From the NCBI RefSeq assembly GCF_003790525.1, contig NZ_CP033635.1: a DNA stretch of 64,000 bases; one strand, written 5' to 3'. This DNA is from Escherichia coli (GTDB lineage Bacteria > Pseudomonadota > Gammaproteobacteria > Enterobacterales > Enterobacteriaceae). This document shows positions 48,423 through 58,331 of this stretch, piece by piece (the first letter of the stretch is position 1; the number at the start of each line of letters is the position of its first letter). Under the pieces are notes generated by a model, which worked only from the letters and a program-made list of their open reading frames with translations, did no database searches and had not been told where the DNA came from. The translations under genes were made by a program, and so were the position numbers.

Positions 48423-48995
48423 ATGGAAAGCACAGCCTTACAGCAGGCCTTTGACACCTGCCAGAATAACAAAGCAGCATGGCTGCAACGCAAAAATGAG
48501 CTGGCTGCGGCCGAACAGGAATATCTGCGGCTTCAGTCCGGGGAAGGCAGAAACGTCAGTCGCCTTGACGAATTACGCAATATTATCGAAGTCAGAAAAT
48601 GGCAGGTGAATCAGGCCGCCGGTCGTTATATTCGTTCGCATGAAGCCGTTCAGCACATCAGCATCCGCGACCGGCTGAATGATTTTATGCAGCAGCACGG
48701 CACAGCACTGGCGGCGGCACTGGCACCGGAGCTGATGGGCTACAGTGAGCTGACGGCCATTGCCCGAAACTGTGCCATACAGCGTGCCACAGATGCCCTG
48801 CGTGAAGCCCTTCTGTCCTGGCTTGCGAAGGGTGAAAAAATTAATTATTCCGCACAGGATAGCGACATTTTAACGACCATCGGATTCAGGCCTGACGTGG
48901 CTTCGGTGGATGACAGCCGTGAAAAATTCACCCCTGCGCAGAACATGATTTTTTCGCGTAAAAGTGCGCAACTGGCATCACGTCAGTCTGTGTAA
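48423..48995 (+). CDS. psu: P4 Psu-like polarity suppression protein
   Basis: 190 aa ORF, third gene of the sid-delta-psu late operon. Confidence 0.75.
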   Translation: MESTALQQAFDTCQNNKAAWLQRKNELAAAEQEYLRLQSGEGRNVSRLDELRNIIEVRKWQVNQAAGRYIRSHEAVQHISIRDRLNDFMQQHGTALAAALAPELMGYSELTAIARNCAIQRATDALREALLSWLAKGEKINYSAQDSDILTTIGFRPDVASVDDSREKFTPAQNMIFSRKSAQLASRQSV

Positions 48996-49368
48996 AATTC
49001 CCCGAAAATCCGCCCGTTTTTACTGAAAAAAGCCATGCATCGATAAGGTGCATGGCTTTGCATGCGTTTCCCTGCCTCATTTTCTGCAAACCGCGCCATT
49101 CCCGGCGCGGTCTGAGCGTGTCAGTGAAACTGCATTAAAACCGCCCCGCAAAGCGGGCGGGCGAGGCGGGGAAAGCACTGCGCGCATGATATAAAAGAGT
49201 ATTAAGAATTTTACAGAAACAGCTAATACAGACGCTGAAGTAAAATCATTGAGACCATTCGTGATTTGATGCAAAAAATTGCACAACATAAGCTCCTATG
49301 GTTCATAGTAATACTATTAAACCTATCTTTTCGTTGGTATATTACCCATTTTGTAATGGAGAATTGAA

Positions 49369-51501
49369 ATGCTTTCTACTCAGGATATAAACGGTTTTTT
49401 TAATGCTGTTGACTCTCTCAAAAGGTTTAAACGAGCAGAAATAAGGGACAACAAAGATAAACCACTTATTGATTCACTTTACACAGATCTATTGCCAAAC
49501 AATCACGTCTTCAAAATGTGCTACGGGGAAAACACTACATTTTTAATTGGAAGAAAAGGCACAGGAAAATCCACAATAATTCTTAAACTTGAAAGTGAGT
49601 ACAGAAAAGAATCTTCATACCTCCCATGCTATATAGATACAAAAACAGTATTCGAAAGTGTTAGAGGTGAGTATCAAAAAATAGACTACCTAAAAGGGAA
49701 GATACCTGAAGAGCATCTAGAAAAATATTTAGTCGAGCGTGCATTCATTAAAAACATCTTGAAATCAATCGGTGACGAATTGAATATTCGAGCAGAAAGC
49801 ATATTCTCAAAACTAGCAGGGATTGTTAATGCAAGCAAAAAACAAGCGGTAAAAGCAAAAATAACAAAACTACTTTTAATGGTGGACAATAACCAAATAA
49901 TAAAAGAAATTGAAATACCCGTAATAACAGAAGTAAATACTAAACTTACTAAGGCGAACGAATCAGAAAATGGAACTACCCAAAACTATAACTCTGAGCT
50001 AACTGTAAAAATCGGAACATCACAACATGAAGGTGGTGGAAAAATAGGAGCGGTAAAAGGAATCACCTCAAGACAGAAAAACAATGACGCTTGGGAAAAG
50101 AGTTTCTCTACAGCCCTTCTAAAGGTTTTTCAAATCACATCAGTAATTGAAGAAATTAAAATCATATTAAGAGAGCTAGGAGTAAAAAAGCTTGTAATAT
50201 TTTTAGACGATTTCTCTGAAGTTGAAGAGAAGACGCTAAAAAACTTCGTCGATGTTGTACTTGCTCCGCTAAATAACTGGGCTAATGATTTCATTTGTTT
50301 TAAAGTCGCTGCCTACCCAAGTCGCATATATTATGGCGACATTGATGTTGGCAAAATAGATGTGGTAAATTTAGATTTTTATAATTTATATTCTAATTAT
50401 GATAAATCTACGATGGAATCCTTATCAGCTGACTTCACCAAGAGACTTTTAAATCAAAGGCTTAATCAGTTTTGCACATTGAAGTTTGAAGATTATTTTG
50501 ATACATCTTCAGCTACTCCAGAAGAGTACTATGATCTTATATTTAAAGTATCCATGAATGTCCCTAGAATTATAGGATACATTCTTTATTACTGCCATCA
50601 AACCAATGTATCTCTTGGCAGAAAAATAAATAAAGGCTCAATCGAGAAAGCAGCTCAGACTTATTATGAGCAAGTTGTATCTAAGTTTTTCGATATTGCC
50701 ACGCATAGTCTGATGTCTTTCAGTGAAAAAGTTTCTGAACTTCAGCAAAAAGAGATTCTAAATCTCTTCGTTCAGAAATTAAAAACGATTAAGCGACAAA
50801 TAATAACAAATGAACTAACTGGCACAATTTACAATAGAGACAGAACAAATCCTTATTGTAGTCATTTTTATTTTCAACCTAATCTTGAACATTTTCTGCG
50901 TACATTGGAGCTTAATTTCTTCATTACCAAATATAATGAATTAGTAAATAAAGACGGAAACAAGGTCTCGATATATGGAATAAATTATGGATTAGCTCGA
51001 AGTGAAAACCTCAAATGGGGAAAACCTGAAGGTAATCAGTTCCGTAGTTATTTCGTAGAAAGACCATTTGATTTCAACAAAGATATCGAAGATTTCTTAA
51101 GAGAATCGAAAAAAATCGTATGTCTTAATAGCTCTTGTGATAAAACCTATCCATATGAAGAACTTGCATTTCTTGAATATAATAAAATGAGATGTATTGA
51201 ATGCCAGTCGCCTGTTGAAGTAAGATCGTTTTCTGAAAGTATCAGTTCTGAAATATCTAAAATTGACAACGCTAAACTTTTACCAAAATTAGAATTAATG
51301 ATATTACATGAACTGAATAAGGCAGACGATCATCTCCTAGCTCGAGACATTGCTGAGGAACTAGACGCTTCATCACAATTAATTGCCAAACGGGCTGAAA
51401 AATTAGACAGAAAAGGTCTTGTTTTTAGAGATAAAAGTGATGCATTAATTAAGTATTCAATAACAAATAAAGCAGTAGAAGGTTATTTCTATGATGACTA
51501 A
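49369..51501 (+). CDS. Uncharacterised P-loop NTPase with C-terminal zinc ribbon and winged-helix-like domain; candidate anti-phage defence gene in the P4 psu-int hotspot
   Basis: 710 aa ORF, conspicuously AT-rich compared with flanking P4-like genes. Walker A LIGRKGTGKST, Walker B-like LVIFLDDFSEVEE, Cys4 cluster CLNSSCDKTYPYEELAFLEYNKMRCIECQSP, and a C-terminal wHTH-like segment. Confidence 0.6.
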   Translation: MLSTQDINGFFNAVDSLKRFKRAEIRDNKDKPLIDSLYTDLLPNNHVFKMCYGENTTFLIGRKGTGKSTIILKLESEYRKESSYLPCYIDTKTVFESVRGEYQKIDYLKGKIPEEHLEKYLVERAFIKNILKSIGDELNIRAESIFSKLAGIVNASKKQAVKAKITKLLLMVDNNQIIKEIEIPVITEVNTKLTKANESENGTTQNYNSELTVKIGTSQHEGGGKIGAVKGITSRQKNNDAWEKSFSTALLKVFQITSVIEEIKIILRELGVKKLVIFLDDFSEVEEKTLKNFVDVVLAPLNNWANDFICFKVAAYPSRIYYGDIDVGKIDVVNLDFYNLYSNYDKSTMESLSADFTKRLLNQRLNQFCTLKFEDYFDTSSATPEEYYDLIFKVSMNVPRIIGYILYYCHQTNVSLGRKINKGSIEKAAQTYYEQVVSKFFDIATHSLMSFSEKVSELQQKEILNLFVQKLKTIKRQIITNELTGTIYNRDRTNPYCSHFYFQPNLEHFLRTLELNFFITKYNELVNKDGNKVSIYGINYGLARSENLKWGKPEGNQFRSYFVERPFDFNKDIEDFLRESKKIVCLNSSCDKTYPYEELAFLEYNKMRCIECQSPVEVRSFSESISSEISKIDNAKLLPKLELMILHELNKADDHLLARDIAEELDASSQLIAKRAEKLDRKGLVFRDKSDALIKYSITNKAVEGYFYDD

Positions 51502-51561
51502 ATAGAAACTAACAATGAAAAGCTCAACGCTGATTCTAGGGCGTTGAGCTACTTAATAATT

Positions 51562-52815
51562 TTAGATCCTAGCAAAATCATAGGCCGTAATATTTTGATA
51601 TCGATTAATATCTAGATAGTCAGCCCACCATTGCATCATCAAACGACGCTCTTCTAAATGCTCTGAAGTATGAATATAAGCTGCGCGTACATTGTTACGT
51701 TCTGAATGGCTCAATTGACGTTCTATCGCATCATCACTCCATAGTCCCGATTCCCCCAACGCCCCGCGTGCCATAGTCCTAAAACCATGGCCACATACTT
51801 CTGTTTTTGTGTCATATCCCATTACACGCAATGCATTGTTTACCGTATTTTCACTCATAACCTTAGTTGCGTCATGATCGCCCGGGAAAAGAAAGTCTCT
51901 ATCACCACTAATCTGCTTAAGCTGTTCTAACAATATAATCGCCTGTCGGCTAAGCGGAACTATATGCTCCTCTTTCATTTTCATGCCACGATACGAGTAA
52001 CGTACGCCTTTAATTTCTTCTCGTTTAGCAGGAATACGCCAAGTAGCGTTATCAAAATCAAATTCTTTCCAACGAGCAAAACGTAATTCACTTGAACGAA
52101 CAAAAGTTAGTAAAGAAAGCTCAACCGCAATTTTCGTCATCATACGCCCACGATATACATCAAGACGTGCCAAGAACTCATGGAAACGATGTGATGGTAG
52201 CGCCGGGTAGTGCCGCGTTTTCGCCGTAGATAACGCACCGGCCATATCAATTGCAGGATTTGAGTCTACATAATCGTTCTGAACAGCATAGCGCATAATA
52301 GCAGTGACACGTTGCTGAAGACGCTGCGCTACATCATGCTTACCACTGGCATCAACTTTTTTTATCGGTGCCAAAAGGTGACTAGTTTTAAGCTGTCGAA
52401 TATCAGACGAGCCAATATAGGGAAAGATATAAAGCTCTAGATAGCGAAGAACCCGTGCCCGATGTTCCTCACTCCAACGCTTATTGCTGGCATGCCATTC
52501 ACGAGCAATAGTTTCAAAATTATAAGCACCAGCATTAACTGCTTGGGCCTCTTTCTGTACTGCTTTTGGATCTATACCTTGCACCAGCAACTTTTTGGCT
52601 TCATCCCTTCTAGCTCTAGCTTCAGCAAGCGTCACAGTCGGCCAAACACCAAAAGCAAGACGATCCTCTTTTTTGTCGGAAGGTCGTCTATATTTCATAC
52701 GCCAATATTTAGAGCCTTTGACAGAAACCTCGAGGTACAAACCGCCACCATCGGCCATTTTATAGGTTTTATCTTTTGGCTTTGCGGTCTCGACCTGTCT
52801 GGCGTTGAGCTTCAT
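51562..52815 (-). CDS. int: P4-type tyrosine integrase (IntB-like), intact
   Basis: MKLNARQVETAKPKDKTYKMADGGGLYLEV... with a complete C-terminal catalytic region (...HGFRTMARGAL..., ...HSERNNVRAAYIHT). Begins about 165 bp from the leuX 3' end, in the same orientation. Confidence 0.85.
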   Translation of the reverse strand: MKLNARQVETAKPKDKTYKMADGGGLYLEVSVKGSKYWRMKYRRPSDKKEDRLAFGVWPTVTLAEARARRDEAKKLLVQGIDPKAVQKEAQAVNAGAYNFETIAREWHASNKRWSEEHRARVLRYLELYIFPYIGSSDIRQLKTSHLLAPIKKVDASGKHDVAQRLQQRVTAIMRYAVQNDYVDSNPAIDMAGALSTAKTRHYPALPSHRFHEFLARLDVYRGRMMTKIAVELSLLTFVRSSELRFARWKEFDFDNATWRIPAKREEIKGVRYSYRGMKMKEEHIVPLSRQAIILLEQLKQISGDRDFLFPGDHDATKVMSENTVNNALRVMGYDTKTEVCGHGFRTMARGALGESGLWSDDAIERQLSHSERNNVRAAYIHTSEHLEERRLMMQWWADYLDINRYQNITAYDFARI

Positions 52816-52978
52816 TTGGGGGCACATCCCTAATCGAAGTTAAGATGCCCCCAATTATGCCCCCAATGACATCCGGATTTCAACGTACAACCTCGGACGA
52901 CTCGGGACGTTAAAATCACTGCAAGCATTGATTTTTAAGGAATTATTGGACTTTCTCGGATGGTCTAGGAAGTGCTTA

Positions 52979-53063
52979 TGGTGCCGAAGGCCGGACTCGA
53001 ACCGGCACGTATTTCTACGGTTGATTTTGAATCAACTGCGTCTACCGATTTCGCCACTTCGGC
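52979..53063 (-). tRNA. leuX: tRNA-Leu (anticodon CAA), leuX
   Basis: Reverse complement reads GCCGAAGTGGCGAAATCGGTAGACGCAGTTGATTCAAAATCAACCGTAGAAATACGTGCCGGTTCGAGTCCGGCCTTCGGCACCA, an 85-nt class II tRNA with CAA anticodon and encoded CCA. Confidence 0.9.
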
Positions 53064-53258
53064 ACTGAAGAGGTATGCGGAAAACGTTGTGGATTATACC
53101 TGTCGCACGCCACCATGCAAGCGCCAGCTTGCTCGCATCTCGCTAAGTGCTGAAATTTTCAGCATTACACTCAGCGATGTGTAACCTTTGTCACACTCCA
53201 GGCACCCCGCCCTGCCATGCTCTACACTTCCCAGACAACACCAGAGAAGGACCAAAAA

Positions 53259-54278
53259 ATGTCGATGATAAAAAGCTATGCCGCAAAAGAAGCGGGCGGC
53301 GAACTGGAACTTTATGAGTACGATCCCGGTGAATTGAAGCCACAAGATGTTGAAGTGCAGGTGGATTACTGCGGGATCTGCCATTCCGATCTGTCGATGA
53401 TCGACAACGAATGGGGATTTTCACAGTATCCGCTGGTTGCCGGGCATGAGGTGATTGGTCGCGTGGTGGCGCTCGGGAGTGCCGCACAGGATAAAGGTTT
53501 GCAGGTCGGTCAGCGTGTCGGGATTGGCTGGACGGCACGCAGCTGCGGGCATTGCGATGCCTGTATTAGCGGTAATCAGATCAACTGCGAGCAAGGTGCG
53601 GTGCCAACAATTATGAATCGCGGCGGTTTTGCCGAGAAGTTGCGTGCGGACTGGCAATGGGTGATTCCGCTGCCAGAAAATATCGATATCGAGTCCGCCG
53701 GGCCGCTGCTGTGTGGTGGTATCACGGTCTTTAAACCACTGTTGATGCACCATATCACTGCTACCAGCCGCGTTGGGGTAATTGGTATTGGCGGGCTGGG
53801 GCATATCGCTATAAAACTTCTGCACGCAATGGGATGCGAGGTGACAGCCTTTAGTTCTAATCCGGCGAAAGAGCAGGAAGTACTGGCGATGGGTGCCGAT
53901 AAAGTGGTGAATAGCCGCGATCCGCAGGCACTGAAAACTCTGGCGGGGCAGTTTGATCTCATTATCAATACTGTGAACGTCAGCCTCGACTGGCAGCCTT
54001 ATTTTGAGGCGCTGACGTATGGCGGTAATTTCCATACGGTCGGTGCGGTTCTCACGCCGCTGTCTGTTCCGGCCTTTACGTTAATTGCGGGCGACCGCAG
54101 CGTCTCTGGCTCTGCTACCGGCACGCCTTATGAGCTGCGTAAGCTGATGCGCTTTGCCGCCCGCAGCAAGGTTGCGCCAACTACCGAACTGTTCCCGATG
54201 TCGAAAATTAACGACGCCATCCAGCATGTGCGCGACGGTAAGGCGCGTTACCGCGTGGTTCTGAAAGCCGATTTTTGA
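53259..54278 (+). CDS. ahr: NADPH-dependent aldehyde reductase Ahr (YjgB), zinc-type alcohol dehydrogenase
   Basis: [45 protein letters not shown]... with zinc-ligand and GxGxxG motifs. Internal start preferred over the track start at 53217. Confidence 0.9.
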   Translation: MSMIKSYAAKEAGGELELYEYDPGELKPQDVEVQVDYCGICHSDLSMIDNEWGFSQYPLVAGHEVIGRVVALGSAAQDKGLQVGQRVGIGWTARSCGHCDACISGNQINCEQGAVPTIMNRGGFAEKLRADWQWVIPLPENIDIESAGPLLCGGITVFKPLLMHHITATSRVGVIGIGGLGHIAIKLLHAMGCEVTAFSSNPAKEQEVLAMGADKVVNSRDPQALKTLAGQFDLIINTVNVSLDWQPYFEALTYGGNFHTVGAVLTPLSVPAFTLIAGDRSVSGSATGTPYELRKLMRFAARSKVAPTTELFPMSKINDAIQHVRDGKARYRVVLKADF

Positions 54279-54281
54279 AAA

Positions 54282-54845
54282 TCATTCGCAGCGCTGATCT
54301 GAGGCGCTGCCCCCTTTCGCACATATTCTGTCTTGTCGTATCGCCAGCACGGCCTGCCGACATTGTTCGGTGACATTGGCAATATCATGGTTGATATCAA
54401 TGCGCACAATATCCTGTTCATCTGCTTGTGGACGCTCCAGCGCCTCAAACTGACTTTTTAGTAACGCTACCGGCATAAAATGCCCAGCCCGCCGCTGCAT
54501 TCGCGCGAGAATAGTTTCATAGTCGCCATCTAACCAGAGGAAATGAACATGGGGGCTACCCTTGCGTAAAATATCACGATACTGTTTTTTTAATGATGAA
54601 CAGACAATAAATCCTGTTTCATTCTTTTTATAAAGACTGTATGAAGCATCATTTAAGCGTTCCAGCCAGGGAAGTCGATCTTCATCAGATAATGGAATAC
54701 CCTGCGACATTTTATCTATATTTTTGGCTGGATGAAGATCGTCACCATCAATAAATTTAGCAGATAATAACGTGGCAACCTTGCTACCAATTAATGTTTT
54801 ACCACTCCCTGAAACGCCCATCAAAATAAAGCTTTCACCCGCCAT
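54282..54845 (-). CDS. idnK: Gluconokinase IdnK
   Basis: MAGESFILMGVSGSGKTLIGSKVATLLSAKFIDGDDLHP... (P-loop), divergent from idnD. Confidence 0.9.
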   Translation of the reverse strand: MAGESFILMGVSGSGKTLIGSKVATLLSAKFIDGDDLHPAKNIDKMSQGIPLSDEDRLPWLERLNDASYSLYKKNETGFIVCSSLKKQYRDILRKGSPHVHFLWLDGDYETILARMQRRAGHFMPVALLKSQFEALERPQADEQDIVRIDINHDIANVTEQCRQAVLAIRQDRICAKGGSASDQRCE

Positions 54846-55061
54846 TTAAAATCTCCTGAGTCATCTTACCTGCTGCGATACTACGCCTGGTGGCATAATA
54901 ATTTCACGTTTTTTTATTTCTGCTGATAAGAATTACAAGGCACATCACGTTATGCGTAACATAGTAATGTAACAATTTTCTGACGTGATCTTCATCACAA
55001 ATAATGACAATTAAAACCGCTTAAATGCTTCCGAGGTGTCTACCTGACCAGTGAGGAATTT

Positions 55062-56093
55062 ATGCAAGTGAAAACACAGTCCTGCGTTGTTGCGGGCAAG
55101 AAAACTGTTGCCGTTACCGAGCAGACGATAGATTGGAATAATAATGGAACATTAGTACAAATAACCCGAGGTGGAATTTGCGGTTCCGATTTACATTATT
55201 ATCAGGAAGGAAAAGTAGGTAATTTCATGATAAAGGCACCGATGGTGTTAGGTCATGAAGTTATCGGTAAAGTTATTCATAGCGACTCATCAGAATTACA
55301 TGAAGGGCAAACGGTAGCCATTAATCCGTCTAAACCGTGCGGTCACTGCAAATACTGCATTGAACATAACGAGAATCAGTGTACAGATATGCGTTTTTTT
55401 GGCAGTGCCATGTATTTCCCTCATGTTGATGGTGGTTTTACCCGTTATAAAATGGTCGAAACGTCGCAATGTGTCCCTTATCCGGCCAAAGCTGACGAAA
55501 AGGTTATGGCTTTTGCCGAACCTTTAGCCGTCGCGATTCATGCCGCACATCAGGCCGGCGAGTTACAGGGCAAGCGAGTATTTATTTCTGGTGTTGGGCC
55601 CATTGGCTGCCTGATTGTCAGTGCTGTGAAAACACTGGGGGCCGCGGAAATTGTCTGTGCCGATGTGAGTCCCCGTTCCCTTTCGCTGGGCAAAGAGATG
55701 GGGGCGGAGGTGCTCGTAAACCCACAAAACGACGACATGGATCACTGGAAAGCGGAAAAAGGCTATTTCGATGTCAGCTTTGAAGTGTCCGGTCATCCTT
55801 CATCAGTGAATACCTGCCTGGAGGTCACTCGTGCACGCGGCGTAATGGTGCAGGTAGGGATGGGAGGCGCGATGGCAGAATTCCCAATGATGACGTTGAT
55901 TGGTAAGGAGATTTCACTCAAAGGCTCTTTCCGTTTTACCAGCGAATTTAATACCGCAGTGTCATGGCTGGCGAATGGCGTTATCAATCCACTGCCTTTA
56001 CTGAGTGCTGAATATCCCTTCACTGACCTGGAAGAGGCGCTACGTTTCGCCGGTGATAAAACCCAGGCAGCAAAAGTCCAGCTTGTTTTCTAA
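55062..56093 (+). CDS. idnD: L-idonate 5-dehydrogenase IdnD
   Basis: 343 aa zinc-dependent MDR-family dehydrogenase; first gene of the idnDOTR operon. Confidence 0.85.
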   Translation: MQVKTQSCVVAGKKTVAVTEQTIDWNNNGTLVQITRGGICGSDLHYYQEGKVGNFMIKAPMVLGHEVIGKVIHSDSSELHEGQTVAINPSKPCGHCKYCIEHNENQCTDMRFFGSAMYFPHVDGGFTRYKMVETSQCVPYPAKADEKVMAFAEPLAVAIHAAHQAGELQGKRVFISGVGPIGCLIVSAVKTLGAAEIVCADVSPRSLSLGKEMGAEVLVNPQNDDMDHWKAEKGYFDVSFEVSGHPSSVNTCLEVTRARGVMVQVGMGGAMAEFPMMTLIGKEISLKGSFRFTSEFNTAVSWLANGVINPLPLLSAEYPFTDLEEALRFAGDKTQAAKVQLVF

Positions 56094-56116
56094 GAGATAA
56101 ATAAAGGAATAATACA

Positions 56117-56881
56117 ATGAACGATCTATTTTCACTGGCAGGAAAAAATATCTTGATTACCGGTTCAGCACAGGGCATTGGCTATTTACTGGCAACCGGC
56201 CTGGGTAAATATGGCGCACAAATAATTATTAATGATATTACTGCCGAACGCGCAGAACTTGCTGTAGAAAAACTCCACCAGGAGGGTATTCAGGCCGTTG
56301 CCGCACCTTTTAATGTTACTCATAAACATGAAATTGATGCCGCCGTTGAACATATCGAAAAGGACATCGGCCCCATTGATGTGCTGGTGAATAACGCCGG
56401 TATCCAGCGCCGTCATCCTTTTACTGAGTTCCCTGAACAAGAGTGGAATGATGTGATCGCAGTAAACCAGACCGCCGTGTTCCTGGTATCGCAAGCGGTA
56501 ACTCGTCACATGGTTGAACGCAAGGCAGGTAAAGTTATTAATATTTGCTCGATGCAAAGCGAACTGGGACGTGACACCATCACCCCTTATGCCGCATCGA
56601 AAGGGGCGGTAAAAATGCTCACCCGCGGCATGTGCGTCGAGCTGGCGCGCCACAATATTCAGGTCAACGGTATTGCGCCGGGCTATTTCAAAACAGAAAT
56701 GACTAAAGCACTGGTTGAGGACGAAGCCTTCACCGCCTGGTTGTGCAAACGGACCCCCGCCGCACGCTGGGGAGATCCGCAGGAACTGATTGGTGCTGCG
56801 GTGTTCCTTTCTTCAAAAGCCTCTGATTTCGTAAACGGCCACCTGTTGTTTGTTGATGGCGGCATGTTAGTGGCTGTTTAA
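56117..56881 (+). CDS. idnO: 5-keto-D-gluconate 5-reductase IdnO (SDR family)
   Basis: 254 aa ORF with SDR motifs TGSAQGIG and Y-x3-K. Confidence 0.85.
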   Translation: MNDLFSLAGKNILITGSAQGIGYLLATGLGKYGAQIIINDITAERAELAVEKLHQEGIQAVAAPFNVTHKHEIDAAVEHIEKDIGPIDVLVNNAGIQRRHPFTEFPEQEWNDVIAVNQTAVFLVSQAVTRHMVERKAGKVINICSMQSELGRDTITPYAASKGAVKMLTRGMCVELARHNIQVNGIAPGYFKTEMTKALVEDEAFTAWLCKRTPAARWGDPQELIGAAVFLSSKASDFVNGHLLFVDGGMLVAV

Positions 56882-56945
56882 CACCTACTACCCTACGTGC
56901 AGCGCGAAAGCGCTGCTTTTCTGGCACTAATAAGAGATAAAGACT

Positions 56946-58265
56946 ATGCCATTAATCATTATTGCGGCAGGCGTCGCGCTGCTTCTTATCCTGATGATCG
57001 GCTTTAAAGTTAACGGCTTTATTGCCCTCGTTCTGGTCGCTGCCGTCGTCGGATTTGCCGAAGGGATGGATGCACAGGCCGTCCTGCACTCTATACAAAA
57101 TGGTATCGGCAGCACGCTCGGCGGGCTGGCAATGATCCTCGGTTTCGGGGCCATGTTAGGCAAGCTGATTTCTGATACGGGCGCGGCACAACGTATCGCC
57201 ACTACGCTGATTGCTACTTTTGGTAAAAAACGCGTGCAATGGGCGCTAGTGATCACCGGTCTGGTTGTCGGCCTCGCCATGTTTTTTGAAGTGGGTTTTG
57301 TCCTGCTGCTGCCGTTGGTATTTACCATCGTGGCATCATCTGGATTACCCCTGTTGTATGTTGGCGTACCGATGGTAGCAGCGCTCTCTGTAACCCACTG
57401 TTTTCTGCCGCCACATCCAGGGCCTACTGCCATCGCGACTATCTTTGAGGCTAATCTCGGAACGACTCTACTGTATGGATTTATCATTGCCATTCCGACA
57501 GTTATTGTCGCAGGACCGCTGTTTTCTAAACTGCTAACTCGCTTTGAGAAAGCACCACCGGAAGGCTTATTTAATCCTCATCTGTTTAGCGAAGAGGAGA
57601 TGCCCTCCTTCTGGAACAGTATTTTCGCTGCAGTGATCCCGGTCATCCTGATGGCTATCGCCGCCGTTTGTGAAATTACGTTACCGAAAACTAACACCGT
57701 GCGCCTCTTCTTTGAATTTGTCGGTAACCCTGCCGTTGCGCTGTTTATTGCCATTGTTATTGCGATTTTCACACTGGGCCGACGTAATGGACGCACCATC
57801 GAGCAAATCATGGATATCATTGGGGATTCTATAGGCGCTATCGCGATGATTGTGTTTATTATCGCTGGCGGCGGCGCGTTTAAGCAGGTATTAGTAGATA
57901 GCGGTGTCGGGCAGTATATTTCACACTTAATGACCGGAACTACACTTTCGCCGTTATTGATGTGCTGGACTGTTGCGGCGCTGTTGCGTATCGCTCTGGG
58001 CTCTGCCACCGTCGCGGCCATTACCACCGCGGGTGTGGTGTTGCCGATTATCAACGTTACCCATGCCGATCCCGCTTTAATGGTACTGGCAACTGGTGCG
58101 GGCAGCGTGATCGCGTCACACGTAAACGACCCTGGCTTCTGGCTATTTAAAGGGTATTTTAATCTGACGGTTGGTGAAACGTTGCGTACCTGGACGGTGA
58201 TGGAAACCCTTATTTCTATTATGGGTTTGCTGGGCGTGTTAGCCATTAACGCCGTATTGCACTGA
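56946..58265 (+). CDS. idnT: Gluconate/idonate transporter IdnT (GntP family)
   Basis: 439 aa polytopic membrane protein in the idn operon. Confidence 0.85.
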   Translation: MPLIIIAAGVALLLILMIGFKVNGFIALVLVAAVVGFAEGMDAQAVLHSIQNGIGSTLGGLAMILGFGAMLGKLISDTGAAQRIATTLIATFGKKRVQWALVITGLVVGLAMFFEVGFVLLLPLVFTIVASSGLPLLYVGVPMVAALSVTHCFLPPHPGPTAIATIFEANLGTTLLYGFIIAIPTVIVAGPLFSKLLTRFEKAPPEGLFNPHLFSEEEMPSFWNSIFAAVIPVILMAIAAVCEITLPKTNTVRLFFEFVGNPAVALFIAIVIAIFTLGRRNGRTIEQIMDIIGDSIGAIAMIVFIIAGGGAFKQVLVDSGVGQYISHLMTGTTLSPLLMCWTVAALLRIALGSATVAAITTAGVVLPIINVTHADPALMVLATGAGSVIASHVNDPGFWLFKGYFNLTVGETLRTWTVMETLISIMGLLGVLAINAVLH

Positions 58266-58331
58266 AAGAATAAAATATTGTGATGTAGTTTCGGGGGAAG
58301 ATTGAAGATTCCCCCGACGTTGGGAGAAGTT

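Noticed and set aside
49077-49289. 70 aa minus-strand ORF in the psu-cargo intergenic region
   Set aside because: Spans a GC-rich hairpin and AT-rich leader, with no coding signal.
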